Shown here piece after piece: positions 56,329-64,000 of a stretch of DNA of 64,000 nt (positions are counted from its first letter, which is position 1; each line of letters opens with the position of its first letter). Made by a program: the position numbers and the translations under genes. The DNA comes from a virus. A model generated the notes under the pieces. It made no database searches. It was not told the DNA's origin and saw only the letters and a list, made by a program, of their open reading frames with translations. Where the stretch lies: IMG/VR virus record IMGVR_UViG_3300047323_000545; one strand, given 5' to 3'.

Positions 56329-56903
56329 CGCACCTGGTCCTTCGCCGTGACACGGTGCTGCGGGCAGCGCGGGTATCCGTCGTGGTCGGGCGTCCACCCC
56401 TCGGGCAAGAAGTCGGCGCGCACGAAGGTCGCCGAGCAGCAGCGGCAGGGGATGAGGGGCTCGGCGACCGGCTCCGGATACGGCTGCAGACGCAGCGCGC
56501 GGGCCTGCTCGTGCGTGCGGTGGATCTCGGAGTGGGCGGCGGTCAGCTCACTCATCAGGGTGGCCGTGGCGCCCCGCAGGTAGTCCGAGAGGAGGTCGAG
56601 GGTGACCTTGCGGGCACGCTTGGGCGCCCACCGGAACCAGCGGCCCATGCCCTCGGCCAGGGCCTCCGCCATCCGGTCGGCGTACCAGCTGACCTGCCTG
56701 TCGTGTGAGTCCCGCAGCTGCTTCAGGTCGGACTTGTGAAGCGGCGTCACGTCGACCCGGCGCCCCGCGAGGGCGGCGGTGACAGCGACGATGTCGTCCT
56801 CGGTCATCCCCTTGAAGAACTTCTTGATGACCCTGCTGCTGCCCGAAGGCGAGTAGACGAGAGTGACCGTCGTGCCGGTGCGCTCGGTGGTGGTGTCGTT
56901 CAT
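56325..56903 (-). CDS. Hypothetical protein, C-terminal Zn motif
   Basis: CRCC...CPQH. Confidence 0.6.
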   Translation of the reverse strand: MNDTTTERTGTTVTLVYSPSGSSRVIKKFFKGMTEDDIVAVTAALAGRRVDVTPLHKSDLKQLRDSHDRQVSWYADRMAEALAEGMGRWFRWAPKRARKVTLDLLSDYLRGATATLMSELTAAHSEIHRTHEQARALRLQPYPEPVAEPLIPCRCCSATFVRADFLPEGWTPDHDGYPRCPQHRVTAKDQVR

Positions 56904-57448
56904 GCTGCCTTGACCCCCATGGCGGTGGTGGTGGAGAGGTTGATGACGTCGTTGCGGGCGGTCTGCTGGCGCTGGACCGTGTCGACGACCGTCTGCCAGG
57001 CCATGCCGCAGAACCGGCCCAGCATCCGCTCGATGTTCAGGACGGCCTCGGGATCGACTCGGACCTTGCGCGCGGTGGCCTCCATCAGCATCTTGGCCAT
57101 CTGTTCCGTACGTTCTCCGCTGGTACCCAGATTCAGGATGTCCAGCGGGTGGTCGTCCTCCCCGTACAGGAACGTCTGGGCGCAGGTGGACCGGTAGGGG
57201 CGTATCCCCTTCTCGGTGCCGATCTTGCGCAGGTTCCGCCGGTAGTCGAGGTAGTTGCCGACCAGGGACACGAACGGCTGGGGAACGCCCAGCAGTTGAG
57301 CGATGTCCGTGTGCGTCCAGCGGAAGCTGGGCCGGGCCCGGTTGGAGAGGTCGTCGATGGCGGCCATGGCCACCAGGCGGTGGGCTTCCTTGTCACGCAG
57401 GTCGAGGTTGTCGCGGACGGCAAACAGGTGCGGATGTGCTGCGGGCAT
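56900..57448 (-). CDS. HTH-containing protein
   Basis: WTHTDIAQLLGVPQPFVS. Confidence 0.65.
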   Translation of the reverse strand: MPAAHPHLFAVRDNLDLRDKEAHRLVAMAAIDDLSNRARPSFRWTHTDIAQLLGVPQPFVSLVGNYLDYRRNLRKIGTEKGIRPYRSTCAQTFLYGEDDHPLDILNLGTSGERTEQMAKMLMEATARKVRVDPEAVLNIERMLGRFCGMAWQTVVDTVQRQQTARNDVINLSTTTAMGVKAA

Positions 57449-57471
57449 GGCGGGTTGCCCTTCCTGAAGGT

Positions 57472-57747
57472 TCAGAGTGTGATGGCTGCCAGCAGGTTGC
57501 GGCGGTAGTCGAACACGGAGCGCATGGTGAAGCTCCCCTGTCCACCGTTGACCAGCTCCAGGGGGCCGACGAGTCCGCGAGTGCGGTTCAGCCGAGACCT
57601 CCGTACCAGGTCGTCCATCTCATCCTGAGTCAGCCCCAGCCACTCACGGGCGAGATCCGGAGTGAAGGTGTAGTCGTCGATCTCTTCCTTGGGAAGCTCG
57701 ACGGGTACACGTGGCTTCGAGGGCATGGAGCACTCAGATGAAGGCAT
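57472..57747 (-). CDS. Small MerR/excisionase-like DNA-binding protein
   Basis: FTPDLAREWLGLTQDEMDDLVRR. Confidence 0.45.
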   Translation of the reverse strand: MPSSECSMPSKPRVPVELPKEEIDDYTFTPDLAREWLGLTQDEMDDLVRRSRLNRTRGLVGPLELVNGGQGSFTMRSVFDYRRNLLAAITL

Positions 57748-57900
57748 GGATGATCTCCTGGCGGGTGGAGATTGAAGAAAGTTGATCTTGCGGACTGGCG
57801 GGTCCGCGTGGCCTTCACTCTACACGCACATACCACCGTGCCCAGGCATATGCAGAAAACTGACGCTCAGTTACTTTTGCAGGCCAGAGCCGGACATGAC

Positions 57901-57936
57901 GGAGCCCCACCCCCTGGATAGAAGGGGTGGGGCTCC
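57901..57936 (-). terminator. Terminator hairpin
   Basis: ggagccccaccc...gggtggggctcc. Confidence 0.65.
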
Positions 57937-57945
57937 ATGGCCAGT

Positions 57946-58350
57946 CTACGCCCGCGCGTGCGCCAGCAGCTGCGTCACCACCCTGTCGAGCCGGGCTGTG
58001 CTGGCCGTCAGGTCGGCGTCGGCGAGCAGGTCCCTCACCGTCATGGACGCGTACCGGCCATCCGTCAGGCTCAGGTCCCGGCGCCACACGGTCAGGTCGA
58101 TGAGCACCGTCACCATGACCGTCCACCCCCTGAACCCAGACCCCTCGGGCGGGGCCGCGTTGATCACCTTCTGTACCACCGCGCACCCGGCCTGACCGGG
58201 GCACGACTCCTCGACGGCCTTCCGCAGCGGCGCCTTCAGCCCCTTCGCCGCCTCCGGGACCTGCTCCTCTTCCTCGACGGACACGTACACCAGGTACGTC
58301 GCCGTCAGCTTCCCTGTCGTCTCCGCCTCGGGAGACACGTCCTTCGCCAT
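57946..58350 (-). CDS. Hypothetical protein
   Basis: ORF with phage codon bias. Confidence 0.55.
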   Translation of the reverse strand: MAKDVSPEAETTGKLTATYLVYVSVEEEEQVPEAAKGLKAPLRKAVEESCPGQAGCAVVQKVINAAPPEGSGFRGWTVMVTVLIDLTVWRRDLSLTDGRYASMTVRDLLADADLTASTARLDRVVTQLLAHARA

Positions 58351-58363
58351 GCCGGTCATCCTC

Positions 58364-58813
58364 TCAGGCGGCCGTGGCCATGTCGGCGGCCGTCAGCGGC
58401 CTGAACTGGTTGACGATCCGGCCCCGCTGCAGGTGCACGATCTCGCCGAGCCGGGTCAGGTAGAAGTGGCCCGGCGCGCGCCGGACGAGCGTCTGCAGGC
58501 CCTTGCCGCTCATGGGCTGCGTCTGCGGGATCGGCTTGCCGCCCGTGGGCGCGGCCCAGTGCTGGTACTCCCCGTCGAGCTTGCGCATGTCCTGGCTGTA
58601 GTGGAGCGGGACGTACTGAATGACGGTCCAGTCGTCGGCGGTGACGACGAACCCCCCACCCTTCTGCGGCTTGACGTCGCGGTCCGAGTGGACCTGGGTG
58701 AGGACGTAGTCGACCTGGGAGCCGTGGACGATCTCGGCGTGCCGGGTGCGGTGGTTCAGGCGCAGGTAGGCGTCGGCGCCCGCGATGGTGCGCCGGTTCA
58801 TGATGGCGGTCAT
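58364..58813 (-). CDS. Hypothetical protein
   Basis: SD present, codon bias. Confidence 0.65.
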   Translation of the reverse strand: MTAIMNRRTIAGADAYLRLNHRTRHAEIVHGSQVDYVLTQVHSDRDVKPQKGGGFVVTADDWTVIQYVPLHYSQDMRKLDGEYQHWAAPTGGKPIPQTQPMSGKGLQTLVRRAPGHFYLTRLGEIVHLQRGRIVNQFRPLTAADMATAA

Positions 58814-58898
58814 GGTGTTCCTTCGTGGCGGTCGAGGAACTGCTGATGGAGTTGTAAAGAAGTGACGGGGCCGGGCAGTTGGCGGGCTGCCCGGCTGG

Positions 58899-59042
58899 TC
58901 AGGCTTGGTCGTCGTTGAGCTGGTCGAGGAGTGCCGCTTCGGCGGGGTGGCACTGCCTGCACATCTTGTGCGGGGTGTCCTCGTGGAGGCCCTGCTTGTG
59001 CTCCGAGGCCAACATCAGGGTGTACGCGGTCGGGTCCGGCAT
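58899..59042 (-). CDS. Small His/Cys peptide
   Basis: MPDPTAY...HKMCRQCH. Confidence 0.5.
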   Translation of the reverse strand: MPDPTAYTLMLASEHKQGLHEDTPHKMCRQCHPAEAALLDQLNDDQA

Positions 59043-59044
59043 GG

Positions 59045-59836
59045 TCAGGCCCTCTGCAGCCGCGTGCCGTTCTTCCAGGCTTCGAGGTCGTCGCCCTTGG
59101 CCTGCTGTAGCGCCTGGTCCGCGCCGCACTGCACGCACAGGGTGTAGACCGTCGTGAGGTTGGTGCCCGGCTCCGGCCCGTCCGCGTAGAAGCCCGCGAT
59201 GACGACGTTCCACAGCTCGCCCAGGGTGCGCTCCCTGGTCGTCCCGGCCTTCACTGCCTTCGCCAGCGCGGCGCAGGGCGCCTTGTGGACCGTCGCTCGC
59301 CGCAGCGGCGACTGGGTCCGGTGGGAGAGCTGGACGATGCCCCACTCCTTCGGCTCGGCGTCCTCGGCCGGTTTGGGGGTTTCTTCGGCGCCCAAGCCGT
59401 TCTCATCGGCGATCTTCATGGCGATCTGCTCGGCCTGGGCGTGGTCGTCGACACCCCCGCGCGCTTCGATACGGCGCTGCAGTTCCTCTCGGTCCTTGGC
59501 GGTCGGCGTGTAGGGCTCGTCCCACTCGGCGGCGTCGCGGAAACCGTCCCACATCGGCTCGGGGTAGACCCAGTCGCGCGCCAGGGCGATGCCCGCGAGC
59601 ATGGCCGAGCCGGAGCCCTTGAGCCGGGCGTTGGCGTAGAACTCCTTGCCCTGCTTGTCGAGCTGGTGGAAGAGGATCTCGCGCACGCGGGTGCCGACGT
59701 CGCTCTTCAGCAGCTCCTCATCGGTCATGGCGCCGTAGTCGCTGGCGAGCGCGACGTCGGCCTCGGCGTCGAGGAACAGGTTGACCAGCTCGCGGATGCG
59801 GGCGCGGCGTTCTTCGGGCGTGGGCGTGGTGGTCAA
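59045..59836 (-). CDS. Hypothetical early protein
   Basis: AAGGAG SD; downstream of an early promoter. Confidence 0.7.
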   Translation of the reverse strand: MTTTPTPEERRARIRELVNLFLDAEADVALASDYGAMTDEELLKSDVGTRVREILFHQLDKQGKEFYANARLKGSGSAMLAGIALARDWVYPEPMWDGFRDAAEWDEPYTPTAKDREELQRRIEARGGVDDHAQAEQIAMKIADENGLGAEETPKPAEDAEPKEWGIVQLSHRTQSPLRRATVHKAPCAALAKAVKAGTTRERTLGELWNVVIAGFYADGPEPGTNLTTVYTLCVQCGADQALQQAKGDDLEAWKNGTRLQRA

Positions 59837-59867
59837 GGTGTTCTCCTTCGTTCCCTTGGCGAGATCT

Positions 59868-59898
59868 CCACTCTAACGCATCACGTGTTGCGCGTCTA
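59868..59898 (-). promoter_or_regulatory. Early sigma70/HrdB-like promoter TAGACG-N17-TAGAGT
   Basis: Near-identical copy at 62376-62405; partial copy at about 60536-60556. Confidence 0.72.
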
Positions 59899-60501
59899 CG
59901 GGATGAGGCTGGCCTCGCGCGCCTTGGCGGACATGTGCGTGAGGCTGGCCGCGCATCGCTCGCCCTGGTCGTTCTCGTGGGGGCGCACCCGGTCGGCAGC
60001 GTCGAGACTGACCTCCGCGCTGCAGGTGGAGGCCTCGGGGCACCGGTACTTCTTGGCGGCCTGCCACGGGTCGACGAGGGCCTGTAGCGGGGTCACGTTG
60101 AGAATGAGCGTCGCGGACAGATTCTCGCGCAGGTCGCCGAGGACGCGGTCGATGGCGTCACGCCGGACGAGACGAGTGAGCTTCTCGATGTCCTTCTGCT
60201 GGCCGATGACGGCCAGTTCGTCGGCCACCGCCTGCTCGTCGAAGCCCTTGGTATAGGCGGAGGCGGGGCTCGCCTGGATGACGAGCATGCCCCGCCGCGC
60301 GCCGGTGCTGCTGTCCTGGACTCCCGACCTGGACGAGGCGTCGGCGGGGGCCAGGGAAAAGGAGGCCCCCTCCGAGCCGGGAGTGAGTTCCCATAGGCGC
60401 GTGTCCAGCAGGAGCGCCGGGCCGGTGGAGCGGCGGGCGGCCGTTCGGGAGGCCGCCTTGGTGGCGTACAGCTCTCGCGGTTTCAGCTCGGACAGGCGCA
60501 T
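59896..60501 (-). CDS. Hypothetical early protein
   Basis: C-terminal C..C..H..C. Confidence 0.6.
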   Translation of the reverse strand: MRLSELKPRELYATKAASRTAARRSTGPALLLDTRLWELTPGSEGASFSLAPADASSRSGVQDSSTGARRGMLVIQASPASAYTKGFDEQAVADELAVIGQQKDIEKLTRLVRRDAIDRVLGDLRENLSATLILNVTPLQALVDPWQAAKKYRCPEASTCSAEVSLDAADRVRPHENDQGERCAASLTHMSAKAREASLIP

Positions 60502-60581
60502 GGTGGGGCTCCAGGGGGTGGCGTGGACAATTGACCCACTCTAACGCATCAATGGATGCCATGGGGTGGGATGCGGGCAGT

Positions 60582-60953
60582 TCAGGCGGCGGGCAGGACC
60601 TGTCGGAAGGCGAGCACGGCCATGACCCCTGAGCCGGGCACGCGGGTGCGGCGTGAGATCTCCTCGACGCTCAGCCCGTTCAGCAGGTACAGGTCGGTGA
60701 TCACCTCTATCTTCGCCCACGGCACGCCCGAGACGGCGAACTCCGTGTGCTCCTCCTTCAGGCGGGCGTGCAGCCGCCAGCCGTACTCGGTCAGGTACAG
60801 GGTTCCGCGCACGGACTTCGCGTACTTCTTGGCGCGCAGGCTCTCCCGGAAGTTGCAGCCGGATGCGTTGATCCGGCCGGTGCCCGGGTCGGCGTGGAGC
60901 AGGGCCTGACGCTCGGCGGCGGTCAGCTTGCTGGTGATGCTATTGCGGGCCAT
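60582..60953 (-). CDS. Hypothetical protein with HTH-like C-terminus
   Basis: GLSVEEISRRTRVP. Confidence 0.6.
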   Translation of the reverse strand: MARNSITSKLTAAERQALLHADPGTGRINASGCNFRESLRAKKYAKSVRGTLYLTEYGWRLHARLKEEHTEFAVSGVPWAKIEVITDLYLLNGLSVEEISRRTRVPGSGVMAVLAFRQVLPAA

Positions 60954-61007
60954 GGGGACTCCTGGCGGTGAGTCGGAACGAATGGGTGCCTGGCGGGCAA
61001 TCCGAGG

Positions 61008-61286
61008 CTAGCGCTCGACGCTCTCGGCGAAGCGGTTCTCGGCGATCTGAATTGCCTCGCGGACGTCGGCGGCCAGCTGCGGCTCGGCGCCGGACAGCGG
61101 CCACGAGCGCGCCGAGACGGACACCAGGGAGCCGTCCCTGCTGGTCACGGCGCGAACGACGTGTCCACGCTTGCTGCCCTGGGTCAGCTCCAGCTCGACG
61201 ACGGAGCCGTCGCTGCGCGGGGCGGTCAGGCGGATCGTTCCGCCGAGGCGGACGAGCGGCTTGACGGTAGCGGTCATCTGCGGCAT
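61008..61286 (-). CDS. Hypothetical protein
   Basis: GGAGG SD. Confidence 0.6.
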   Translation of the reverse strand: MPQMTATVKPLVRLGGTIRLTAPRSDGSVVELELTQGSKRGHVVRAVTSRDGSLVSVSARSWPLSGAEPQLAADVREAIQIAENRFAESVER

Positions 61287-61411
61287 GGGGCCCTCCTGTG
61301 GCGGGTCAAGAGGTGAACGAGAGACGGCCGCACCTGATGGAGGTCAGGATGTGGCGGCCGTCACTGATATTGCCGAAACGTGCGTCAATTGATCGACGGA
61401 AATCTGTTTTT

Positions 61412-61723
61412 TTACTTACTCGTTACTGTGGGCTGCCGGTCCTCCGGGCCCCAGTCGTCCGGCGAGATGCCGATCGTCGCGAGCGCCGGACCCTGGACGA
61501 TCTGCTCCGCGCTCTCCGTGGCCAGCGGCCCGTACCAGGCGACGCGCTGGCCGCTCGCCGGGTTGCGGAAGATGGCCAGCGCGGCCGGGAGCAGCAGCGG
61601 CGGCGCGAACCGCAGCAGGTACACCGAGTCGTCCTGGCCATCGAGCGGCTCGATCGTCGTCTCGGCCGGGTGCCAGCCGTGCGGGGACGGGTCCCAGCTC
61701 TCGGGGATGGGCACCATGAACAT
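61412..61723 (-). CDS. Hypothetical protein
   Basis: MFMVPIPESW, overlaps the upstream stop. Confidence 0.55.
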   Translation of the reverse strand: MFMVPIPESWDPSPHGWHPAETTIEPLDGQDDSVYLLRFAPPLLLPAALAIFRNPASGQRVAWYGPLATESAEQIVQGPALATIGISPDDWGPEDRQPTVTSK

Positions 61724-62343
61724 CAGACCCCCTCCGGGGCGGCCACCAGGGTGGTCGGTTCGAAGCTGGACCAGGTGGCGCCGTCCTTGGCCTTGTGCGC
61801 GCGCAGCTCGTTGGCGACGGCGCGGCCCAGCTCGGTGAGCCGGAAGCGGGCCCACGGCATCAGCCGCCACTCGGTGTGGCCGGTCATCAGGCCCGGCCGG
61901 GGGTCGTACGAGCCATTGAGCGGGCGGCCGTTCGGCTTCAGGAAGTACTCGCCGTCCTCGCTGACGCCCGGCATCTCGATGGTGATGAGCCTGGCGTCGA
62001 CCATGTCCATCAGGGCGTCGGCCTCGCAGTGCCCGTACACGGTGACCGACTCGCCGCCGACGGGCTTGAGACGCAGGCCGTACTGGTCGGCCGCGTCCTC
62101 GCCGCCGAGGGAGGAGTGCCGGTTGCGGGCGGCCCACAGCATGGGCCAGTTGCGCTGGGAGAGGGTGAGCCGGTCCCAGGTGATGCGACCGCTGTACTCG
62201 ACCTCCACGTTCTCCACGTAGCCGAGGAGGCTCCAGTGGTCCTTGCCCCAGCGCTCGGGGGCGATCTGCTCGCGGCCCTCGCGGGCCTGCCACTCCGGAG
62301 AGGCGTTCATCAGCTCGGCGAGCTGGGTCATGTCGATGGTCAT
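61723..62343 (-). CDS. Hypothetical early protein
   Basis: ERWGKDHWSLL..., downstream of an early promoter. Confidence 0.7.
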   Translation of the reverse strand: MTIDMTQLAELMNASPEWQAREGREQIAPERWGKDHWSLLGYVENVEVEYSGRITWDRLTLSQRNWPMLWAARNRHSSLGGEDAADQYGLRLKPVGGESVTVYGHCEADALMDMVDARLITIEMPGVSEDGEYFLKPNGRPLNGSYDPRPGLMTGHTEWRLMPWARFRLTELGRAVANELRAHKAKDGATWSSFEPTTLVAAPEGV

Positions 62344-62375
62344 GGGGTTGCTCCCTTGTTCCTAGGCAGTGATCC

Positions 62376-62405
62376 CACTCTAGGGCATCAATCGTTGCGC
62401 GTCTA
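62376..62405 (-). promoter_or_regulatory. Early promoter TAGACG-N17-TAGAGT
   Basis: TAGACGCGCAACGATTGATGCCCTAGAGT. Confidence 0.72.
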
Positions 62406-62424
62406 CTGGTTCGGGAAACGCAAA

Positions 62425-62450
62425 GGCCCGCCCCGGTGAAGGGGCGGGCC
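62425..62450 (-). terminator. Terminator hairpin
   Basis: ggcccgcccc...ggggcgggcc, followed by TTT on the minus strand. Confidence 0.65.
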
Positions 62451-62462
62451 CATGCCATCTGA

Positions 62463-63119
62463 TCAGCGGATCTCGCCGTCGTAGACGCCGTCCGGCTCGC
62501 TGGCCTCCTCCATGGTGTCGACCTCGGCCTGGTAGCCCTCCAGCAGGTGCTCCAGGGCGTCCTGGGTCACGCCGTCCGGGTGGTTGGGGCCGCCGAGCGC
62601 GTCGACCAGCTCGTGCTTGCGGACCACGATGTCGCCGTGCGGCACGAGGGCCTCGGCCCAGATGTCCAGCCGGACCGGCTCGCCGGTGGTCTCGTCCCTG
62701 GACACGTACAGCACCGGGTCCTCGGCCCCGCTCGCCAGCAGATCCCGCAGGTTGTCAGTGGTCACGGTCAGCATCTCGTCGTACTCCCCCTCGTAGCTGG
62801 GCCAGCGGTCGCCAGCCCAATTCTGGTGGTCGCCGTGCTTGTGCGGCGGCCGATCGCACTCGGTCTCCTGCGCCTGCAGGATGATCCCGAAGGAGCCGCA
62901 GGTCGGGCCGGTGGGCTCGCGTGCTTCCATGTCGGCCTCCAGGGCTTCCTGGGCCTTCCGGCGGGCGCGCACGGTGGCAGCGGCCTTCGTGGAACGTTCG
63001 GAGCGCGCCCGGCGCGCCTCGGGACTGTTGTAGCGGGCCTCCTTCTTCGCCTTCTCAGCCGCGACGACGTCCGGGTGCGAGGCGGCCAGCTCCAGCAGCA
63101 GAGACTTCACGGACCTCAC
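62463..63119 (-). CDS. Hypothetical protein
   Basis: GTG start in a GTGA overlap. Confidence 0.55.
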   Translation of the reverse strand: MRSVKSLLLELAASHPDVVAAEKAKKEARYNSPEARRARSERSTKAAATVRARRKAQEALEADMEAREPTGPTCGSFGIILQAQETECDRPPHKHGDHQNWAGDRWPSYEGEYDEMLTVTTDNLRDLLASGAEDPVLYVSRDETTGEPVRLDIWAEALVPHGDIVVRKHELVDALGGPNHPDGVTQDALEHLLEGYQAEVDTMEEASEPDGVYDGEIR

Positions 63120-63838
63120 GCCGACTGCCCACCAGGCATCGGGCACTCGGGGTGCGGGTGGACTTCCTCGCCGTTCTCCTCGAAGCACAGGCCGCAGGCC
63201 AGCAGGCGGGCGTACTTCGTCTCGGTGTCATAGGCCCAGCGCAGGACCTCGCCGGGGAAGCGGTCCACCTCGCTGTACCAGCTGCCGCCGCCGCTGCCGT
63301 CGGCCGGGTCGATGCCGACGCGGTAGTAGATCCGGCCTGCCGTGATCTTGGTGATCTTGCACAGCTCGGGGTCGCGCTTGCCGGTGTCCGGGTTGATGTC
63401 CTCGACGACCTTGTGGGCATGCCAGAACCGGCGGCCGACGCGCGGCAGCGGGTCGTGCGTCAGGCGCGTTGCGGGCGCGGGCCCCTCGTCCTCCTTCATG
63501 ACGGCCAGCAGGCCGCGCAGCTTGGCCAGCGGCACCGTGTCCCGGTGCCGGTGCTCGATGTTGACCCCGGCGTCCTTCAGGTCGGCCAGCAGCTGCTCGC
63601 GCTCCTTCATCTCCGCGTACTGCGCGGGCGTGACCAGGGTCCGCGCCCAGCCGATGTTCTGCTTGGCCGCGCCGGTGACACGGTCGAACTTGGTGTCGTC
63701 CTCGTAGGCGGCGCCCTTCCTGGTGACGTACACGTACACGAGACCGATCCGGGAGACGACGACCTCCTCGGCACTCGCGTTGCGGTCCTCCGACACGAGG
63801 ACGAGCGGCTCGCCCTTCTGCAGAGCAGGCAGAGCCAT
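63116..63838 (-). CDS. Hypothetical multidomain early protein
   Basis: MALPALQKG with GGAGG SD; C-terminal CGLC..H..C. Confidence 0.65.
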   Translation of the reverse strand: MALPALQKGEPLVLVSEDRNASAEEVVVSRIGLVYVYVTRKGAAYEDDTKFDRVTGAAKQNIGWARTLVTPAQYAEMKEREQLLADLKDAGVNIEHRHRDTVPLAKLRGLLAVMKEDEGPAPATRLTHDPLPRVGRRFWHAHKVVEDINPDTGKRDPELCKITKITAGRIYYRVGIDPADGSGGGSWYSEVDRFPGEVLRWAYDTETKYARLLACGLCFEENGEEVHPHPECPMPGGQSA

Positions 63839-64000
63839 GTCACACCTCCATGACGAGGATGCCGTCGCCGGTCTCGCCGGACGGCCGGGTGCGGAACCCG
63901 GCCCGGTCCAGGGCAAAGACGGCGGTGGCGCGGAGCCCGGCGCGCTCGTACTGGCGGGCCGAGTCGGGGATGCCGTCGCGGCCGACGATGGAGACGACTG

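Larger units (their letters stand above)
1..64000 (-). mobile_element. Actinobacterial myovirus / probable phage-plasmid genome segment (Bxz1/E3-like head and tail organisation)
   Basis: Complete head-neck-contractile tail gene set, lysins, thyX/dcd, early small ORFs and a parA/parS cassette; no host genes in the window. Confidence 0.92.

Noticed and set aside
61365-61392. TTGACG upstream of the 61008-61286 gene as a promoter
   Set aside because: No good -10 at 16-18 nt spacing; cannot be supported
1-64000. tRNA genes, integrase/att sites, terminase, reverse transcriptase/DGR, inteins
   Set aside because: No recognisable motifs found by eye; they may lie outside the window, and tRNAscan/HMM searches were not run

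Overview
The whole 64 kb is one high-GC actinobacterial (Streptomyces-like codon usage) myovirus segment, with no recognisable host housekeeping genes. Almost all genes are on the minus strand. In transcription order (right to left) it holds: a cluster of small early genes with sigma70/HrdB-type promoters (about 55.8-63.9 kb); dcd and an Xre/membrane-protein pair; a head region with internal-head/scaffold-like proteins, thermonuclease, portal, a double beta-helix fibre, two CHAP endolysins, a holin, a giant multidomain prohead protease, scaffold, decoration protein and major capsid protein; neck genes interrupted by thyX, HNH and a small ParB-like gene; and a contractile tail (sheath, tube, frameshifted chaperone, tape measure, NlpC/P60 hub, gp25/W, baseplate J). 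It ends in a giant baseplate/tail gene, missed by the ORF track, that begins with a poly-gamma-glutamate hydrolase domain. From memory of those families (not a search), the head and tail genes look like the Bxz1/Myrna/E3 group of actinobacterial myoviruses. Two plus-strand cassettes are inserted: parA, a centromere-binding protein and palindromic parS (phage-plasmid lifestyle), and an HTH/ImmA-IrrE/MAB_1171c triad. Most notable: (i) head proteins built as polyproteins, with ParB/Srx, HhH-glycosylase-like, SWIM and ADP-ribosyltransferase-like domains separated by recurrent X-T/E/H-A|A/S sites that resemble assemblin cleavage sites; (ii) about 20 copies of a phage-specific late promoter CTGTY-N20-22-ARGGGGYGA, one of which appears to drive a small ORF-less hairpin RNA; (iii) a dense, partly helically phased GTCAA array hidden inside a coding sequence. 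No terminase, integrase, tRNA or CRISPR array was seen in this window.
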